Virus record (IMG/VR): IMGVR_UViG_3300031087_000514 | DNA length: 38,345 bases | Direction: 5' to 3' (one strand) | Origin: a virus | Taxonomy: Duplodnaviria > Heunggongvirae > Uroviricota > Caudoviricetes | Part shown: in pieces, positions 1-9,042 of the stretch | How positions within the stretch are numbered: the first letter of the stretch is position 1 | Layout: every line of letters starts with the position of its first letter | Made by a program: the position numbers and the translations under genes | Notes under the pieces: generated by a model | The model's input: the letters and a program-made list of their open reading frames with translations, nothing else | Told to the model about the DNA's origin: nothing | Database searches by the model: none

Positions 1-2
1 TT

Positions 3-1778
3 ATGTCCTTTATGCCAGGGCCAGACTTCCCGACAGGATGCTTGGTTCTTGGAACAGATGGCATCAAACAAGCATACGAAACAGGTAAGGGCAAAGTCAC
101 TATCCGTGCGCCGTACCGTATAGAGGATGTGGGTCGTGGTAAAAAAGCCATTATCTTCTATGAACTTCCATACGAAGTCCGCTCTGAAAAAATCATTGAA
201 CAAATTAAAGAAAACCTTACCTCTGGCAAGTTACAAGGTATTGCAGACGTGCTGGACCTTACAGACCGTCGTAACGGAACAAACTTCTATGTAGAAACCA
301 AAGCAGGGTTCAATGTAGAAGCTTTAGTTGCTGCTCTCTACAAGATGACAGACCTTGAAGTAGCCTTCAACTACAACAATATTGCACTTACCCCTGAGGG
401 AGTTCCAGAGCAGCTTTCATTGAAACGCATGCTGGAAATCTTCATTGCTCATCGTATTGAAGTCGTCACCCGTAGAAGTGCAGCTCGTAAGAAATCTCGT
501 GAAGATCGTCTGCACACTATTGAAGGTCTTATCAAAGCGCTGGCAAACATCGATGAAGTTATTCGCATCGTTCGCGCTGCTGCTAACTCACAAGCCGCAC
601 AAGAAAATCTCATCAAAAAGTTCAAAATTGACGAGATTCAAGCAGACTACATCCTTAGTATCGCTTTGCGTCGTTTGACCAAATATGACCAGCTTGAGCT
701 TAAAAATGAGCAGAAGAAGCTTCAAGATGAAGTGAAAGCGCTTGACAAAATTTTGAATGATGAAAAAGTCCTCCGTGACCTCATCGGTAAAGAGTTAGAA
801 GAGACAAAGAAGGTTGTTGACCGTCCACGTCGTTCAACTTTGGTTGACGGCAACTTGGCAGAGCACTTGGAAGCTTCTAAGGCAGTAATCAGCGCAGGTA
901 GCTTTGAGGTTACTGACGCTCCTACTGTTGTTGGCGTATACGCTGATGGTTCAGTTGTCCGTGTTCCAGGTGAAAAAACCTCTGAAATCAAAGCAATTGG
1001 TCGCACTAAGGTAAACCCTGTTATCGCTTCTTTGGTGACGCACACTAAGGGTAAAATTGTGTTGGTCACAGATAAAGGCCGTGCATTCCGTGTTGATGTA
1101 TTCCACCTTGGGGAGAACAAGCCAACAGCTTCCTCAGCAGTTGTGCCAAGCCTTGCTAAGAACGAACGCATCGTCGCTGTCGCTCCTGTAGAAGATGAAA
1201 CTATCAAAGCTGGTCTTGGTGTATTCTTCGCTACGAAGCAAGGTTCGGTCAAGATTACAACACCTGACTACCCAGTGCGTAGTGATGAGTTTGACCTGAT
1301 TAGCCTTGCCGCAGGGGATGAGATTGTTACAGCTCGTTGGTTGGAATCAGCAGAAGGAGTGGAAGTTGCATTGCTTTCTTCTGATACCAGCTTGCTGACA
1401 TTCGCGGCTGAAAAGATTCGTCCTCAGGGTCGTAGCGGTGGAGGTATCGCAGGTATCAAGCTTGCTGCTGGTCAGTATGTTATGGCTGCAACTGCAATGC
1501 CTGCTGATGAAGCTGCGTTTGCAAACGTTTTGACCGTTACAGGTCAAACTGTCAAGCTTTCACCATTCAAAGCATACCCAGCAAAGGGTCGTGCAACAGG
1601 TGGAGTTCGCTCACACACCATGCTCAAAGGTGAAAACGGACTTGTTTCCGCATTCATTGGAGCTGATATCATTGGTGTCGACGCATCAGGGACAAAGGTG
1701 GCTTTGCCTCCTGTCAACCAGAAGCGTGATGCCTCTGGAACCAAGTCCACTGATGTTCCAGTAACATTCGGACGATAA
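3..1778 (+). CDS. parC: Type II DNA topoisomerase subunit A (GyrA/ParC family), 5'-truncated by the window edge
   Basis: GPDFPTG, ELPY, D.TDR..G, IDEVIRIVR and QADYIL...LRRLT core motifs, plus a beta-pinwheel CTD (IRPQGRSGGGIAGIKL, YPAKGRATGGVR). No QRRGGKG GyrA-box is seen, which favours the actinobacterial TopoIV-like subtype; parC vs gyrA is tentative. Confidence 0.88.
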   Translation: MSFMPGPDFPTGCLVLGTDGIKQAYETGKGKVTIRAPYRIEDVGRGKKAIIFYELPYEVRSEKIIEQIKENLTSGKLQGIADVLDLTDRRNGTNFYVETKAGFNVEALVAALYKMTDLEVAFNYNNIALTPEGVPEQLSLKRMLEIFIAHRIEVVTRRSAARKKSREDRLHTIEGLIKALANIDEVIRIVRAAANSQAAQENLIKKFKIDEIQADYILSIALRRLTKYDQLELKNEQKKLQDEVKALDKILNDEKVLRDLIGKELEETKKVVDRPRRSTLVDGNLAEHLEASKAVISAGSFEVTDAPTVVGVYADGSVVRVPGEKTSEIKAIGRTKVNPVIASLVTHTKGKIVLVTDKGRAFRVDVFHLGENKPTASSAVVPSLAKNERIVAVAPVEDETIKAGLGVFFATKQGSVKITTPDYPVRSDEFDLISLAAGDEIVTARWLESAEGVEVALLSSDTSLLTFAAEKIRPQGRSGGGIAGIKLAAGQYVMAATAMPADEAAFANVLTVTGQTVKLSPFKAYPAKGRATGGVRSHTMLKGENGLVSAFIGADIIGVDASGTKVALPPVNQKRDASGTKSTDVPVTFGR

Positions 1779-1789
1779 ACTCAACATCC

Positions 1790-1839
1790 AACTACCCTGT
1801 GGCTCAGAAATAACCAGTTTTCTGAGCCACAGGGTAGTT
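1790..1839. terminator. Perfect 21-bp inverted repeat (likely intrinsic terminator) after the topoisomerase gene
   Basis: AACTACCCTGTGGCTCAGAAA (1790-1810), 8-nt loop, TTTCTGAGCCACAGGGTAGTT (1819-1839). Confidence 0.75.
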
Positions 1840-1858
1840 CCGTTATAGAATAACTACC

Positions 1859-2479
1859 ATGCGCAAAACAATCATTCGTTCAGTACTTGCTATCACAGCA
1901 GGATCAGCTTTACTCTTCTCATTGAGTTCCTGCACTGCAGAAGGCTTAGCTCCTGTGCAAGAAAAAGGTATCCGTAACTTCTACACCAGCTACGTCAAAG
2001 AAGCTACCTCACTTGACAACGATAAAATCAAAGCCGCGTACAGTGATTTGAAACAGCAAAACCTTACAGGGGTGGACACGAATACCGCTCGTGATACTAT
2101 CTTCAACCGTTTCGCTGAGGTTGAGCCAAAACTTTTTGATGAATATGCAGTTCAGTACGCAACCTATGATGAGGTTGGCGCAACTTACACCAGCGTTCTG
2201 CTGATGTCATTAGCTACTAAGGGTGTCGCAGTGAGTGCAGATTTCCCATCAGATGCTATCTCTAAAGAGTATGACAGCAAACTCAAAACCACTGTGTATG
2301 AGATTGACCGTTCCAAAATTACAGCGCCTGTACCGTTAGCAGCTGAAAGCCTTGTAAAGCCAGTCAACAAAGGTTCTTTGAAGCCTATCAAATTGGTTCA
2401 GGTGAAAGGTGAATGGAAAATCATTCCTGATGCGGAGTCTTTACAGGAAATTGGTATTCCTGATGAAAGCCAGAAATGA
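1859..2479 (+). CDS. Putative lipoprotein
   Basis: Basic N-terminus, hydrophobic stretch and lipobox LSSC. TAGAAT -10 lies 7 nt before the ATG (leaderless-type). Confidence 0.75.
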   Translation: MRKTIIRSVLAITAGSALLFSLSSCTAEGLAPVQEKGIRNFYTSYVKEATSLDNDKIKAAYSDLKQQNLTGVDTNTARDTIFNRFAEVEPKLFDEYAVQYATYDEVGATYTSVLLMSLATKGVAVSADFPSDAISKEYDSKLKTTVYEIDRSKITAPVPLAAESLVKPVNKGSLKPIKLVQVKGEWKIIPDAESLQEIGIPDESQK

Positions 2480-3672
2480 CCCTGAAACGTAAACCTCTGT
2501 TGGAACACACTATTGTCCGTAGTGACAATCTGGTGTTCATGCAGGAAAATGCTCAGAAGCTTCGTGAGCAGGTGGACTTCATCTACATTGACCCACCGAC
2601 TGTGGTCAAACCGTACCACAATACAGGCAAGATTCCTACACGTCGTCAGCATGAAAAATGGCTTGAATTGATGCGCCCACGCTTGGAAGCATCACGGCTC
2701 ACATTGAAAGACACAGGGGTTATAGCTGTAACTTCCTACGATAATGAGCAAGCCAGAATGCGTATACTTCTTGATGAAGCGTATGGTGAGCAGAACTTCA
2801 TTGGGATGCTTACTATTGATACAGGGAATGTCATTAACAATGCACGGTTCTTATCTGTATCTCATGAGTATTTATTTCTTTATGCGAAAAACTTATCCAT
2901 TCTCACTAAATCTGGAACAAAGTGGCGTAAGAAACGTGAAGGTTTAGAACCTTTGCGAAAGCAAGAGAAAAAGCTTCGCGCTAAATACAATGAAGACTAT
3001 GAAAGCATTTCTGAGGAGCTCAAACAATGGTTGAAGAATCAGAATGTTCCGCAGCGTTTGAAGCAATTCTATAATGCAGATGCAAAAGGATTGTACACGT
3101 ATTCTGATTTATCAGCTCCTAAAAATGGACTCAATTACACTGTAATCAATCCGAATACAGGACAGCCTGTTGCCGTTCCAAGTAGAGGCTGGGGTGTCAG
3201 TGAGGAAACGTTGCAAGAGCTTATTGCAACAGATAGTATTATCTGGGGTGCAAATGATGAGCATCAACCATTGAAAAAGCTTTACTTGAAAGACACCCCA
3301 GATCAGGTAATTCGCTCAGTGTTTTCCTTCCCATCCCGATCATCAGAGCGTCTTTTACAGAAGATTTTAGGGCCTGAGGTTGAATACCAGAACATCAAAG
3401 ATGTGGAGTACGTCAAGTATCTCATTGAAGTCTTCACACCTGAGAATGCGTTAGTGTTCGATTTCTTTGCTGGAAGTGGGACAACTGGACATGCGGTTCT
3501 TGATTTGAATTATGAAGATAATAATAGCCAACGTCGTTTTCTTTTATGTAGTAATGATGAAGGTGGAGTGTATTCACATATTCTCAAACCTCGTTTAGAG
3601 GCAATTATCTCAGGGCATTGGCATGATCGTCAGCATCGTCCAAGAAAAGCAACATTGAAAACAAAGTTTTGA
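2476..3672 (+). CDS. Type III Mod-like (beta-class) DNA amino-methyltransferase with altered catalytic motif
   Basis: VDFIYIDPP, S..HEY and FDFFAGSGTTGHAV...N.ED...RRFLL motifs. The DPPY motif reads DPPTVVKPYHNTG. ATGA overlap with the upstream gene. Confidence 0.85.
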   Translation: MTLKRKPLLEHTIVRSDNLVFMQENAQKLREQVDFIYIDPPTVVKPYHNTGKIPTRRQHEKWLELMRPRLEASRLTLKDTGVIAVTSYDNEQARMRILLDEAYGEQNFIGMLTIDTGNVINNARFLSVSHEYLFLYAKNLSILTKSGTKWRKKREGLEPLRKQEKKLRAKYNEDYESISEELKQWLKNQNVPQRLKQFYNADAKGLYTYSDLSAPKNGLNYTVINPNTGQPVAVPSRGWGVSEETLQELIATDSIIWGANDEHQPLKKLYLKDTPDQVIRSVFSFPSRSSERLLQKILGPEVEYQNIKDVEYVKYLIEVFTPENALVFDFFAGSGTTGHAVLDLNYEDNNSQRRFLLCSNDEGGVYSHILKPRLEAIISGHWHDRQHRPRKATLKTKF

Positions 3673-3708
3673 TAGGTAAACAAATACAAATGCTACAATT
3701 GGTGTGTA

Positions 3709-5514
3709 ATGATTAGTAACGAAGTAAAAGAAGAAATCCGCAGCAAGATAGACATTGTTGAGTTTTTAGAGAACCGTGGTGTTGCTCTAAGAGTCGCTGG
3801 TGCTAACTTTGTTGGCTTATGCCCATTCCATGCTGAACGCACACCATCTTTCAATGTGCGTCCAGCCAACCAGCGTTATCGTTGCTTCGGCTGCGGTGAA
3901 GAAGGTGACATCTTCACTCTGGTTCAGCAGATGGAGCAGTTGAGCTTTACAGGTGCAATCCAGTACCTTGCTGATGAAGCAGGGGTCAAAGTTACCAACG
4001 AAGAAGATGACGAACAGTACCGTCAGCTCAAACGTATGCAGGATATGAACAAAATTGCTGCTGAGTTCTTCCGTGAAAACTTCATGAGTCTTCCTGACCA
4101 GCATCCTGCAAAGCAGAACCTTGCAAAGCGTAACCTTTTAGAGTTCGCTAAAACGGACCCTTCCATCGGTTATGCTCCTAACGCAGGTTTGATGAAGTTG
4201 CTTTACTCCCATCGTTTCTCCAAAGAAGAAATTGTGGCAGCAGGTTTAGCGAAAGCTACCGAAGTGCATGGTAATGAAGACACAAACCGTATCGCTACTA
4301 TTAGCAATGGTGAGGTTCGTGAGAAGTTCCGTAACCGCCTCATGTGGACAATCTACAGCATCGAAGGCCGTCCTGTGGGCTTCTCAGGTCGTCGTGTTTA
4401 TGACGAGAATGACAAGGTTCCAAAATATCTAAACTCACCCGCCACCCGTCTGTTCAATAAGTCAAAAGCGCTTCTTGGATTGAACTTCGCACGCAAAGCT
4501 ATCGTAGATGAACGAGCTGTGTATGTTGTTGAAGGCCAGACTGACGTTATGGCGCTACAAGCTGCAGGTGTTCCTAATGTTGTAGCTTCTTTGGGTACAG
4601 CGTTCGGAACATTCCACGCTGATATGCTTTCTCGTTTAGCAGCAACTTCTGCGAAGAAGAAAGACCAGTTCAAGTTCTACTTCGCATTCGACCCTGACGC
4701 TGCTGGTGTTGAAGCTGCATCCAAAGTGTTCAAAGGTATCCCTGAAATTCAGCTGAACAGCTATGTTGTCAGTCTGGCGAAAGAGATTGAAGACCCTGAG
4801 ACAGGCGATAAATCAATGGTCTTCCCTGATCCATGTGATTATCGTTTGAATTACGGGGATGAGGACCTGTTACAGGCACTAAGTCAGAGCATCAGTATGG
4901 TGGAGTTCATCTTACGTCAAGAGCTAAAAAACCATGACGTTCTTTCTCCTGAGGGTCGTAGCGCATTCATTAGTGCAGCCAGACCAACTCTTGCAGTTAT
5001 CAAAGACCCTCTTGCCCATGACGCGTATCTTCGTAAGATTTCCTACTGGACAGGAACCGCATATGCGCAGTTGGTTGAACTTATCAAGAAACCTCAGCAG
5101 AGTCTGAACCAAGAGTTTGCTCAGCAGCAACGTCGTGATGAGACAACTATTGATGAGAAAATCTTTGCTGCTTTCCTGCAATATCCCGACCAAATGTTCC
5201 ACATTTTCAGTACACGTAAACTCACAGTTGATTTGTTCAGTGATAGAAACCGTGCTGCTGAGATTATTCAGTATCTCCCTGAGGAAGACGCTCTTGCATT
5301 CCATGACTTGAAGATTCCTGAGGGCAAAGAAGAACAACTACTGAAACGCTTAGTAGATATGTTCTTGAATATCAAATACAGAGAAGCTGTGGAGAACCTA
5401 AACGCACGGTTTGCGGCAGCAACAAGTGATGATTCTTCCTTAGTAGATGAAACCTTGTTATTTGAAATTCTTCAAGAACAACAAGCATTGAAAACAAAAT
5501 ACCAACAAGCATAA
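3709..5514 (+). CDS. dnaG: DNA primase
   Basis: CHC2 zinc finger (CPFHAERTPSF..CFGC), KYLNSP and TOPRIM motifs (VVEGQTDV, FAFDPDAAG, PDPCD). Confidence 0.96.
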   Translation: MISNEVKEEIRSKIDIVEFLENRGVALRVAGANFVGLCPFHAERTPSFNVRPANQRYRCFGCGEEGDIFTLVQQMEQLSFTGAIQYLADEAGVKVTNEEDDEQYRQLKRMQDMNKIAAEFFRENFMSLPDQHPAKQNLAKRNLLEFAKTDPSIGYAPNAGLMKLLYSHRFSKEEIVAAGLAKATEVHGNEDTNRIATISNGEVREKFRNRLMWTIYSIEGRPVGFSGRRVYDENDKVPKYLNSPATRLFNKSKALLGLNFARKAIVDERAVYVVEGQTDVMALQAAGVPNVVASLGTAFGTFHADMLSRLAATSAKKKDQFKFYFAFDPDAAGVEAASKVFKGIPEIQLNSYVVSLAKEIEDPETGDKSMVFPDPCDYRLNYGDEDLLQALSQSISMVEFILRQELKNHDVLSPEGRSAFISAARPTLAVIKDPLAHDAYLRKISYWTGTAYAQLVELIKKPQQSLNQEFAQQQRRDETTIDEKIFAAFLQYPDQMFHIFSTRKLTVDLFSDRNRAAEIIQYLPEEDALAFHDLKIPEGKEEQLLKRLVDMFLNIKYREAVENLNARFAAATSDDSSLVDETLLFEILQEQQALKTKYQQA

Positions 5515-5580
5515 TATTCGGTTTTATGGCCGATAGCATACAAAAGCTTGAACTATATGGAAAGAAAAAGGATTATCACA

Positions 5581-6501
5581 ATGGCTAATGAAGTACAAAA
5601 GATTCAAGAGTTGACTGAGGACGCTATTCCTGAGTTCCCTATCTCCCGTCGTGGTGGATATGTGGAAGAAGCTGTTGACCAGTTCATGACACAGAACATC
5701 AAAGAGCTCAAAGACATCATTGACTACCAGCGTTACACTGTCGATGTCTTAGATGAGACCAAGGCTGATCTTGCAGCTGCTGAGAAGCGTGCTGAGGAAG
5801 CAGAAGCCAAAGCCGGCGATTCTGAGGCTCTCGGCGCAGCAGTTCACCGCGCAGAAGAAGCTGAAATTCGTGTAGCTGAGGTTGAGGTTGAACTCTCCCG
5901 CGTCAAAGCTGAACTTCAGCAGGCACAAGCATCACTTGTTGATGCTGCTAACGCCCCTAAGAACAACGTGGAAGCCGAAGCTGACCAGGCTTCTAAGCTC
6001 TTGCAGAATGCTTCCCGTTTGGCCCACGAACACATTGAATCTGCTCAGGCAGATGCTGAGCAGATTCGTCAGGACGCTCTCTCCGAGGTTGTTGAACTTC
6101 GTCAGGAGCAGGAGCGCCTGAATGGCGAGATTTTCGCCACCCGCCGTACCCTTGTTGACTTCTTTGAGACAGAGCTTGTGAAGCTCCGTGCACATGAGCT
6201 ATTTGCTAATGTAGAAGCTGACGATGAAGCTGCCGTTGTTGTTGAAGAGGTAACTGTTGTTACCGAAGACGGCGCAGAAACTGTCGTCGCAGCAGCCGTC
6301 CTTGAAAATGAAGGCGGAATTGTTGTTGATGATGAGGAGGAGAGCGTTGAAGTTCCACAGGACGACAACGATGACACTCCTGCAGAGGTTGTCGAAGAGG
6401 AAGAGGACGAACTTGCCGTCGTTGACCCCACCGACAAGTCCAACGACGAGTTCTTGAAAGAACTTGACGAGGACGATGACGAAGACGACCTTCGCAAATA
6501 A
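5581..6501 (+). CDS. DivIVA-domain coiled-coil protein with acidic tail
   Basis: EFPISRRGGYVEEAVDQFM matches the DivIVA F..(.)RGY...EVD.F signature, followed by a long Ala/Glu coiled coil and a D/E-rich C-terminus. ATG 5581 is preferred because of the AAGGA RBS. Confidence 0.75.
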   Translation: MANEVQKIQELTEDAIPEFPISRRGGYVEEAVDQFMTQNIKELKDIIDYQRYTVDVLDETKADLAAAEKRAEEAEAKAGDSEALGAAVHRAEEAEIRVAEVEVELSRVKAELQQAQASLVDAANAPKNNVEAEADQASKLLQNASRLAHEHIESAQADAEQIRQDALSEVVELRQEQERLNGEIFATRRTLVDFFETELVKLRAHELFANVEADDEAAVVVEEVTVVTEDGAETVVAAAVLENEGGIVVDDEEESVEVPQDDNDDTPAEVVEEEEDELAVVDPTDKSNDEFLKELDEDDDEDDLRK

Positions 6502-6555
6502 TTCATATCCACCATATAGGTAAGCAATAAGAGAAGACAGAGGAGAGAAAGCATC

Positions 6556-7125
6556 ATGACCTCTCCTCTGTCTTCTCTTATTTTACCTCCAAGTTCTCTT
6601 ACTCTGTTAGAAAGACCAGCACCAATGTATCCCCAATTTCTCGCGTTAGCAGATACCAGCATCGTCAATATTGACGGTAAAACTAAAACTTTTGATGATC
6701 TTATTGACGAACCAAACAACCGCGAAACAGTTCTTCGTTTCACAAACAAAGGCGTTTTTGCTTCCTCCCAGATTTTAGATGTAGAAGCAGATCTAGATTC
6801 CGAAGGTGTTCAAGTTGTTCACATTGAATTACACAGTGGAGAAAAATTCACTGTCCTCAAAAGTTCACAAATTCTTTCATCCGAAAACACCTGGGTGTCC
6901 ATCAGCAGCAAAAAGCCTGGCGATGGCATCAAAACTCTGACATACAACCCTTCCGTACGTCATCCACAACTTACTCCAAAAGTTATTTCATCAGTCGTAG
7001 AAGAAACCCTCGCCTTCGCACCTGTTGTTCGTTTTGAAATTACCCCTTCTGACAACTTCCTTTTAGCCGCAGCACAGGATAGAGATATCACAGTGCTCGT
7101 GCCAGTATGTCCGAAGCAGTTGTAA
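6556..7125 (+). CDS. Stand-alone degenerate Hint-fold protein
   Basis: Hydrophobic pattern of Hint blocks (LALADTSIVNIDGKTKTFDDL; IELHSGEKFTV; TWVS..KKPGDGI; VVRFEI.PSDNF) without Cys1, TxxH or terminal HN. GAGGAG RBS. Confidence 0.5.
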   Translation: MTSPLSSLILPPSSLTLLERPAPMYPQFLALADTSIVNIDGKTKTFDDLIDEPNNRETVLRFTNKGVFASSQILDVEADLDSEGVQVVHIELHSGEKFTVLKSSQILSSENTWVSISSKKPGDGIKTLTYNPSVRHPQLTPKVISSVVEETLAFAPVVRFEITPSDNFLLAAAQDRDITVLVPVCPKQL

Positions 7126-7148
7126 AACCATCCTACTTGTGGTAGACT
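7120..7148 (+). promoter_or_regulatory. sigmaA/sigma70-like promoter upstream of the ADP-ribosyltransferase
   Basis: TTGTAA (7120-7125), 17 bp, TG-G-TAGACT (7143-7148). Confidence 0.55.
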
Positions 7149-7149
7149 C

Positions 7150-7186
7150 GGGGCTGTGCAGAAAGCACGGCCCCTTGTCTGTTTTT
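7150..7186 (+). terminator. Intrinsic terminator
   Basis: GGGGCTGTGC-AGAAA-GCACGGCCCC followed by TTGTCTGTTTTT. Confidence 0.65.
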
Positions 7187-7208
7187 ACCCAAGAGAGAAA
7201 TACCCACC

Positions 7209-7796
7209 GTGGCTGTTTTTACCAAGACCGTACCTGACCACCAGTACGTTCACCTTCGGGACCTTTTCATGACCGCTCTGAGCGTGGACGAGTTCCACGC
7301 TATGGAGTTCTACGTCTCCTCAGGATACAAGAGCATCAACCGTTCCATGCTGAACGTTGAAGAATTTGATGGCACTCGTACTGAGGAAAGCTACAAAGCT
7401 ATTATTCAGAACATTCATTCAGCTCTTGACCGAAACATTCTCGGGGAGAAGCTTCCGACTCTGTACCGTGGAACTCGTCAGCAGTTCATTGAGCATTACA
7501 ATGAAGGTGATGAGGTTGAGTTCCCGTTCTTCCTTTCGGCTTCAACGGACCCTGTTATCGCTGCACGGTTTGCAGGAGAAGAAGAACCTGCGGTTCTTGT
7601 TATCAATGGTGTCTCTGAGCGTTATGCTTTGACTTCCCTGACAACTGATGAGAAGGAAGTGCTAATTTCCCCGTTTAGCCGATTTAAGGTAGATACTATT
7701 ACTCGAGGAGTTTCCTTCCAGCCTGAATACGATTCAACTGGTTTCTACGCTCCTGCCCGAAAAAATGTTACAGTAGTTGAATTGACTGTCTTGTAG
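7209..7796 (+). CDS. Mono-ADP-ribosyltransferase, VIP2/Alt-like R-S-E family
   Basis: Y...GY..IN..L helix, LYRG, FLSAS and DEKEVL (E-x-E), followed by FKV. GTG start. Confidence 0.85.
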   Translation: MAVFTKTVPDHQYVHLRDLFMTALSVDEFHAMEFYVSSGYKSINRSMLNVEEFDGTRTEESYKAIIQNIHSALDRNILGEKLPTLYRGTRQQFIEHYNEGDEVEFPFFLSASTDPVIAARFAGEEEPAVLVINGVSERYALTSLTTDEKEVLISPFSRFKVDTITRGVSFQPEYDSTGFYAPARKNVTVVELTVL

Positions 7797-7808
7797 GAGC
7801 TTATAAAA

Positions 7809-8264
7809 ATGTCAGAAAAAGAGCAGTTCGAAACGTTGATGCGTGAACAGCTTCATGAGGATGAGTATGAAACTATCTCTATCCCCCAGTGGTTCATTGC
7901 GCTGCTGTGCTATGTTGTTCCAGCGAACCTGCTGTTACCTCTTGCTATGCATGGGGATATCATCGTTCCTATTGTGTTTACTATCCTCATTGGGACGAGT
8001 ATCTTCTACTACTTCAAGCACCGTGGAATCATCAACTCTTTCATGAAGCAGGAGAAGCCTCTTAAGCAGGTTTTCCGTGAGCACAAAGAGCATGAAACGA
8101 TTATGCGTGAACGAGCAAAGGTAAATGCTCCTGACATGCAAATCAATTCAGGCACAGGTAGCCTCAGTGATAGCGAAGAGCAGAACTGGCAGGATATCAT
8201 TTCAGGGTATGAGACAACGACACAGCCAAAGAAAAAGCGCTGGGGCTGGAAGAAAAAGCACTAA
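7809..8264 (+). CDS. Membrane protein with two TM helices
   Basis: Two hydrophobic segments (WFIALLCYVVPANLLLPL; IIVPIVFTILIGTSIFYYF). AGGAG RBS. Confidence 0.75.
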   Translation: MSEKEQFETLMREQLHEDEYETISIPQWFIALLCYVVPANLLLPLAMHGDIIVPIVFTILIGTSIFYYFKHRGIINSFMKQEKPLKQVFREHKEHETIMRERAKVNAPDMQINSGTGSLSDSEEQNWQDIISGYETTTQPKKKRWGWKKKH

Positions 8265-9017
8265 ATGCCTGAAGAGTTACGTCGTTTAGACGATTTCATG
8301 AATCAGCCCAAAGATGCTGATGATGACTTTGAGCTTGATTTTAAACCTGATTACTTGTACTCCTCAGCTGAGGAAATGAAGCAGCTTATCCGATCAGGGC
8401 AGAAAGTTTTTGGTGTGCCAGCAGCTTCCCTGACTTGGGGTATTGATGGTAACCGTATGAAAGCTTCTCTCATGCCTGGTATGGAAGGTGAAAGGCATAC
8501 AGCGAAGATTCTGGATGCTTTCGCAGCGAAAACCCCTGGTGTTTTTGTATTCCATTCACTGTCATGGCCTGAATCAAATGGTGACACTGACCACATTCTT
8601 GTGTACAAGGATTTGATAGTTGTTATTGACTCCAAACGTTGGAAAGCTCAACGCAAATATTCAGTTACTGATAAAGGCGCAATCAAACGAGGAACCGTAT
8701 ACTTCCCACAAGGAAGAGTGAAGATCGGGTATGCGTTAAAAAGCTGGCGGAAGAAAACTCCCAAAGATGTAAAAGTCATGGGTATTGTCTGCATTGCTCA
8801 GCAGAAGGTTTTTGTTACCCGTGATAAGAACTGGTATAAAGCTCCGTACCGTTTAGTGGAGTCAGAGAAGCTTGTTGAACAGTTAGAATTCATGATTGAT
8901 AAGCATAAGACTTCTAAGCAGGGCGTATCTGGTTCTTTACTGCTGTATTTCACAAAGCTGTTAGTCAAACCTCGTGACATTCTTGCGGAGATTCTCAACA
9001 AAGAAGCTTTGGAATAA
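8265..9017 (+). CDS. NERD-domain (PD-(D/E)xK-like) nuclease
   Basis: G.EGE..TA..L, VFHSL, GDTDHILV and VVIDSKRWK motifs. Confidence 0.8.
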   Translation: MPEELRRLDDFMNQPKDADDDFELDFKPDYLYSSAEEMKQLIRSGQKVFGVPAASLTWGIDGNRMKASLMPGMEGERHTAKILDAFAAKTPGVFVFHSLSWPESNGDTDHILVYKDLIVVIDSKRWKAQRKYSVTDKGAIKRGTVYFPQGRVKIGYALKSWRKKTPKDVKVMGIVCIAQQKVFVTRDKNWYKAPYRLVESEKLVEQLEFMIDKHKTSKQGVSGSLLLYFTKLLVKPRDILAEILNKEALE

Positions 9018-9042
9018 TCGTTGAACATGATATACTTGATGG

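Noticed and set aside
722-1252. 176-aa minus-strand ORF and other ORFs nested in the topoisomerase, primase and giant-ligase genes
   Set aside because: Shadow frames of well-supported genes with no RBS or recognisable motifs.
6102-6749. 215-aa minus-strand ORF with poly-Ser runs
   Set aside because: Antisense shadow of the GAC/GAA/GAG-rich acidic tail of the DivIVA-like gene.
6556-7125. Active intein
   Set aside because: No flanking extein, no N-terminal Cys/Ser nucleophile, and no TxxH or C-terminal HN.
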